This document shows, in pieces, positions 37,621 through 41,772 of a stretch of DNA of 41,772 nucleotides. Every line of letters starts with the position of its first letter. Position 1 is the stretch's first letter. The DNA lies in IMG/VR virus record IMGVR_UViG_3300032225_002083, positions 1 to 41,772 of that record; one strand, written 5' to 3'. The stretch is from a virus (taxonomy: Duplodnaviria; Caudoviricetes). The notes under the pieces are model-generated. The model did no database searches, was not told the DNA's origin, and was given only the letters and a program-made list of their open reading frames with translations. Made by a program: the position numbers and the translations under genes.

Positions 37621-38348
37621 TTAAGATTTTAGTAGTAGGAGAAAAGTGTATTGATAGATTCATGTATTGTGATGTTTCAAGATTCAGTCCAGAAGCACCA
37701 GTACCAGTATTAAACCCTATGGAAATAGTTGAAAATGATGGAATGGCTGGTAATGTTGTTAGAAACTTAAAAGCTATGAATAAAGATGTGATTATAGAAC
37801 ATTGGCACCAGGATGAGATTATTACAAAAACAAGATTTGTTGAAAAGAAAAGTAATCATATGTTTTTAAGATTAGATGAAGGTGAGACTAATATTTCTAA
37901 ATTAGAACTTAAATCAAATTTACTATCTGAATATCACATAGTAATTGTAAGTGACTACTATAAAGGCTTTATTAGCGATAATGATCTTATTAAAATTGGA
38001 AAGAACTCTAAGATATCTATCTTAGATTCAAAAAGAAAACTTACTAAAGAAATAGTAAGTAGTTTTACTTTTGTAAAATTGAATGAAAAAGAATCTTTAC
38101 AAAACTCTGAGTTATTAGAATGTAATAATATATTAATAACTTTAGGTAGTAGAGGTACAAAGTTCAAAGATGAAATATATCCAAGTCCCAATCCTCAAGA
38201 AACTATTGATGTTAGTGGTGCTGGTGACACCTTTACCTCAGCATTTATCTTAAAGTACATACAAACAGATGATATTAAATCATCTATAGTTTGGGCAAAT
38301 GAAATGGCTTCTATAGTTGTCTCAAAAAGAGGTGTAGCAACGCCTTAA
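37617..38348 (+). CDS. rfaE1: Heptose-7-phosphate kinase (HldE/RfaE domain I, PfkB family, HldA-like)
   Basis: RFSPEAPVPV, GMAGNV, TKTRF, LRLD, SDYYKG, DSK, ITLGSRG, DVSGAGDTF and VVSKRG are RfaE-kinase motifs. Confidence 0.9.
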   Translation: MIKILVVGEKCIDRFMYCDVSRFSPEAPVPVLNPMEIVENDGMAGNVVRNLKAMNKDVIIEHWHQDEIITKTRFVEKKSNHMFLRLDEGETNISKLELKSNLLSEYHIVIVSDYYKGFISDNDLIKIGKNSKISILDSKRKLTKEIVSSFTFVKLNEKESLQNSELLECNNILITLGSRGTKFKDEIYPSPNPQETIDVSGAGDTFTSAFILKYIQTDDIKSSIVWANEMASIVVSKRGVATP

Positions 38349-38368
38349 ATAGAAATATATTTAAAATG

Positions 38369-38399
38369 AAAAGACCCGTTAATTACAACGGGTCTTTTT
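38369..38399. terminator. Bidirectional intrinsic terminator between the heptose operon and the fibre gene
   Basis: AAAAGACCCGTT-AATTAC-AACGGGTCTTTTT. Confidence 0.85.
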
Positions 38400-41300
38400 T
38401 TATTTATTTAGATTTTTAATCTCTTCTTTTAATTGGTCTATTTGAATTTGTTGTTCTTTAATAGCTTCAATTAAGACAGATACAATGTTTGGATAAGCAA
38501 CAGCTTTTGTACCATCTGGGTTATCAAATACCACTTCTGGGAAAGCTTGAGCCATTTCTTGAGCAATAACCCCAGCATGAACTCTTTCTTTATCTTCGTG
38601 GTCATTTCTCGTAAAGGTAACACCTCTCATTTGTTTTACTTTCTCAATCGCATTTGTAATTGTTTTTACATTATCTTTTACTGATTGATCTGAGTATGCT
38701 ATAATGTTACCAGCAGCATAAATATCACCAGAACCACCACCAATAGTACCAACTTGTAAAGTATAAGTTGGAGCATTACCAGCATTTACACTCAATCGAG
38801 AAGTTGTATTGTCCCAATACAACTGATTCGCATCATCAACAGTCGTACCAGTTGATGGATAATAAGCTACATAACTAGCGGTACCACTATTTACAGTACC
38901 ACTACCACCACCACCACCACTACTTGGTGTAACCCATTGAGTATTATAGTTAGTCGAGTTAATTTTAGCCAATACTTGACCCGAAGTACCACCCACAGGA
39001 ACACCAGCACCTGAAGTACCGGATGAGCCTGAAGTACCTGATGAGCCACTTGATCCGGATGTACCTGATGAACCACTTGATCCGGATGTGCCTGATGAAC
39101 CACTTGATCCGGATGTGCCTGATGAACCACTTGATCCAGACGATCCACTTGATCCAGAACTTCCAGTTGGTCCACTTACTCCACTTGCTCCTACTATAAC
39201 AATTCCTATACAAGGACTAGTAAATGTAGAAATACCTGAACCGCCTAAATATGTTAGTCTTGTAAAATAAGCATCAGTATTATTTGGAGGTGTTGTTACA
39301 TAATCCAATAATGTATATGAATAGTAGTTAACTTTACTACTATCAGATTTCTCAAATATTCTTATTTGATGTCCTAATGCGCCATTGTTTGCAACAGCAA
39401 TTAATTTATCTAAAACTGTATTACCACCTGCTGATTGCAAAGAATTGCCTAATCCATCAGTACCGGAAATCCATAAATTACCATTTGAGGCGGTTAAAGA
39501 AGATAAGCTATAAACTATTCTTCCTGAACTAGCACCGGAACTACTTAGAACGGTAGAATTATAAGATATTGTGTATCCACCAACCACACCTTGTGATCCA
39601 CTTGTTCCAGACGAACCAGATGTACCTGATGAACCACTTGAGCCTGAGCTACCACTTGATCCCGAGCTACCACTTGATCCCGAGCTACCTGAAGATCCAC
39701 TTGTTCCAGATGAACCATCAACACCAGAATAACCTGATGTACCACTTGATCCGGAAGACCCGGAAGACCCGGATGTACCACTTGAACCGGCTGATCCTCT
39801 TGTTCCTGATGTACCTGATGAACCACTTGATCCAGATGTACCTGAGCTACCGGATGTACCTGATGATCCTGAAGATCCACTTGAACCGGATGTACCTGAA
39901 CTACCGGATGTACCTGATGAACCACTTGATCCAGATGTACCTGAGCTACCACTTGATCCTGAAAGACCTGATGTACCGGAAGCACCACTAACACCAGATG
40001 TACCACTTGATCCGGATGTTCCTGATGAGCCACTTGTACCAGCAGATCCGCTTGATCCTGATGTACCACTTGAGCCTGAGCTACCTGAAGTACCACTTGA
40101 GCCTGAACTACCTGATGAACCACTTGAGCCTGAGCTACCGGATGAGCCGCTTGTTCCACTTGATCCTGAACTTCCACTTGTACCTGATGATCCTGAAGAA
40201 CCATTCACACCACTTGAGCCTGAACTACCACTTGAGCCGCTTGTTCCAGCAGATCCGCTTGATCCTGATGTACCACTTGATCCTGATGATCCAGAAACTC
40301 CACTTGAGCCTGAACTACCTGATGTACCAGAAGATCCTGAAGAACCACTTGAGCCTGAACTACCTGATGTACCAGAAGATCCTGAAGACCCAGATGATCC
40401 ACTTGATCCTGATGTACCACTTGATCCTGATGATCCAGAAACTCCACTTGAGCCTGAACTACCTGATGTACCAGAAGATCCTGAAGAACCACTCGATCCT
40501 GAACTACCTGATGTACCAGAAGATCCTGAAGACCCAGATGATCCACTTGATCCTGATGTTCCTGAAGACCCAGATGATCCGCTTACACCACTAGATCCAG
40601 ATGAACCACTTGTTCCAGCAGATCCTGAAGATCCACTACTTCCGCTCGATCCAGATGAACCACTTGTACCACTTGAGCCTGATGAGCCGCTTACACCGCT
40701 AGATCCGGATGATCCACTAGATCCACTTGTTCCTGAGGAACCGCTTGTTCCACTTGATCCTGAGCTTCCACTTGTACCTGAGCTACCAGATGTACCTGAT
40801 GATCCTGAAGAACCACTAGATCCACTTGAGCCTGAACTTCCACTTGTACCTGATGATCCTGAAGAACCACTAGATCCACTTGAGCCTGAACTTCCACTTG
40901 TACCTGATGATCCGCTTGTGCCACTTGATCCTGATGAACCAGAAACTCCACTTGATCCTGAACTACCCGATGTTCCAGATGAACCACTTGAGCCTGATGT
41001 ACCGCTTGATCCTGATGAGCCACTTGAACCTGAACTTCCACTTGTCCCTGAGCTACCAGATGTACCCGATGAGCCTGAAGATCCACTAACACCACTTGAT
41101 CCTGAAGAACCACTTGATCCTGAACTACCAGATGTACCTGATGATCCGCTTGTACCGCTTGATCCTGATGATCCAGAAACTCCACTCGATCCTGAGCTAC
41201 CTGATGTACCTGATGATCCGCTTGTACCGCTTGATCCTGATGATCCACTTGATCCTGACGTTCCACTTGATCCTGAACTACCGGATGATCCTGAAGATCC

Positions 41301-41771
41301 ACTTGATCCTGATGTTCCACTTGATCCTGAACTACCAGATGATCCTGAAGATCCACTTGATCCATGAGATCCTGATGTTCCACTTGATCCACTTGATCCT
41401 GAGCTACCTGATGTACCAGCAGAACCACTTGTACCCGAAGATCCTGAAGATCCACTTGTACCAGCAGATCCACTTGAACCGGATGTACCACTCGATCCAC
41501 TTGTACCTGAAGATCCTGAAGATCCACTACTTCCACTTGATCCTGAGCTACCCGATGTTCCAGCAGAGCCACTTGTTCCAGCAGATCCTGAAGATCCACT
41601 ACTTCCACTTGATCCTGAGCTACCCGATGTTCCTGAAGATCCACTTGTACCAGCAGATCCTGAAGATCCACTACTTCCACTTGATCCTGAGCTACCCGAT
41701 GTTCCAGCAGAGCCACTTGTTCCAGCAGATCCTGAAGATCCACTACTTCCACTCGATCCTGAACTACCCGA
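38400..41771 (-). CDS. Giant Gly-Ser/Thr-repeat (collagen-like) tail fibre with C-terminal Peptidase_S74 intramolecular chaperone, 5'-truncated by the window edge
   Basis: The GTG at 40208 is an internal Val. The Gly codon phase is the same at the points checked (40208, 41363, 41768) and I saw no in-frame stop, giving at least 1123 aa. C-terminus AYSDQSVKDNV...GVTF...AGVIAQE...FPEVV...LIEAIKEQQ matches S74. GGTSGQVLAK...YNTQW is a common fibre linker. Confidence 0.88.
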   Translation of the reverse strand, partial: SGSSGSSGSSGSSGSAGTSGSAGTSGSSGSSGSSGSSGSAGTSGSSGTSGSSGSSGSSGSSGSAGTSGSAGTSGSSGSSGSSGSSGSSGTSGSSGTSGSSGSAGTSGSSGSSGTSGSAGTSGSSGSSGSSGTSGSHGSSGSSGSSGSSGSSGTSGSSGSSGSSGSSGSSGTSGSSGSSGSSGTSGSSGTSGSSGSSGVSGSSGSSGTSGSSGTSGSSGSSGSSGSSGVSGSSGSSGTSGSSGTSGSSGSSGSSGSSGTSGSSGSSGTSGSSGSSGVSGSSGSSGTSGSSGTSGSSGSSGSSGSSGSSGTSGSSGSSGSSGSSGSSGTSGSSGTSGSSGSSGTSGSSGTSGSSGSSGSSGVSGSSGSSGTSGSSGSSGSSGSSGSAGTSGSSGSSGVSGSSGSSGTSGSSGSSGSSGSSGTSGSSGSSGSSGSSGTSGSSGSSGVSGSSGSSGTSGSSGSSGSSGSSGTSGSSGSSGSSGSSGTSGSSGSSGVSGSSGSSGTSGSSGSAGTSGSSGSSGSSGVNGSSGSSGTSGSSGSSGTSGSSGSSGSSGSSGSSGSSGTSGSSGSSGTSGSSGSAGTSGSSGTSGSSGTSGVSGASGTSGLSGSSGSSGTSGSSGSSGTSGSSGTSGSSGSSGSSGTSGSSGTSGSSGSSGTSGTRGSAGSSGTSGSSGSSGSSGTSGYSGVDGSSGTSGSSGSSGSSGSSGSSGSSGSSGSSGTSGSSGTSGSQGVVGGYTISYNSTVLSSSGASSGRIVYSLSSLTASNGNLWISGTDGLGNSLQSAGGNTVLDKLIAVANNGALGHQIRIFEKSDSSKVNYYSYTLLDYVTTPPNNTDAYFTRLTYLGGSGISTFTSPCIGIVIVGASGVSGPTGSSGSSGSSGSSGSSGTSGSSGSSGTSGSSGSSGTSGSSGSSGTSGSSGTSGAGVPVGGTSGQVLAKINSTNYNTQWVTPSSGGGGGSGTVNSGTASYVAYYPSTGTTVDDANQLYWDNTTSRLSVNAGNAPTYTLQVGTIGGGSGDIYAAGNIIAYSDQSVKDNVKTITNAIEKVKQMRGVTFTRNDHEDKERVHAGVIAQEMAQAFPEVVFDNPDGTKAVAYPNIVSVLIEAIKEQQIQIDQLKEEIKNLNK
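39005..39192 (-). repeat. Second, shorter Gly-(Ser/Thr)-Ser triplet run in the fibre
   Basis: GASGVSGPTGSSGSS...GTSGAG, separated from the long run by a globular segment of about 130 aa. Confidence 0.9.
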
Positions 41772-41772
41772 T
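39593..41772 (-). repeat. About 2.2 kb of 9-nt-period Gly-(Ser/Thr)-Ser repeats with nested 54-, 72- and 144-nt duplications
   Basis: Gly every third codon. 144-nt unit at 40258 and 40402; 54-nt unit at 40791 and 40845; 72-nt unit at 41511, 41583, 41655 and 41727. Confidence 0.92.

Noticed and set aside
4447-38191. Short antisense or nested ORFs (e.g. 4447..4653, 5950..6294, 11932..12237, 17859..18134, 27000..27302, 29650..30027, 37958..38191)
   Set aside because: They lie within or opposite better-supported genes, mostly have non-ATG starts or antisense-type composition, and show no recognisable motifs.
38891-41752. Long alternative-frame ORFs in the repeat region (QVDHQD-, PLDPDEP- and YHLILM-type translations)
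   Set aside because: They are shadows of the 9-nt Gly-Ser-Ser periodicity. Only the Gly-X-Y frame is uninterrupted and joins the S74 domain.
39593-41772. CRISPR array or non-coding satellite
   Set aside because: There is no constant repeat with unique spacers, and variation is mostly at synonymous codon positions, as expected for coding sequence.
1-41772. Stop-codon reassignment as in Lak or some crAss-like phages
   Set aside because: Long genes are intact and coding density is high under code 11, and TAG terminates 8494..9054 normally.
1-41772. tRNA, rRNA, integrase or transposase genes
   Set aside because: Intergenic gaps are short and AT-rich, and I saw no cloverleaf, T-loop or recombinase motifs by eye. 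A tRNA/covariance-model scan was not run.

Overview
AT-rich, densely coding segment of a large T4-like (myovirus, probably jumbo) bacteriophage, read in standard code 11. A Bacteroidota host is indicated by two tandem TTTG-N19/20-TAnnTTTG promoters, the absence of obvious Shine-Dalgarno sites, and Bacteroidota-type ClpS and DUF6576-like domains. The window holds packaging and tail genes scattered on both strands: terminase large subunit and a likely small subunit, a 1293-aa tail sheath, tail tube, gp26-like hub/chaperone pair, a 1943-aa baseplate-like protein, a tape-measure-like protein and fibres. It also has a gp47/Mre11-like nuclease and about ten proteins sharing an N-terminal MK-x-(L/I)-K-x-(F/Y)-x-x-F-(x)-(N)E peptide resembling the T4 capsid-targeting sequence; these include an ADP-ribosyltransferase-like protein and a Pol-beta-type nucleotidyltransferase. 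A recurring (T/A)ATATATA motif precedes many late-type genes. The most striking feature is at 34.7-41.8 kb. A four-gene operon encodes a GT4 glycosyltransferase fused to an Aah/TibC-type (BAHT) protein O-heptosyltransferase, a cupin sugar isomerase and the two separated halves of HldE (ADP-heptose synthesis). It converges on a >1100-aa fibre built largely of Gly-(Ser/Thr)-Ser triplets ending in a Peptidase_S74 chaperone. I interpret this as a candidate phage-encoded system for making nucleotide-heptose and heavily heptosylating its own Ser-rich fibre. All family assignments come from recognising motifs by eye; no database searches were run.
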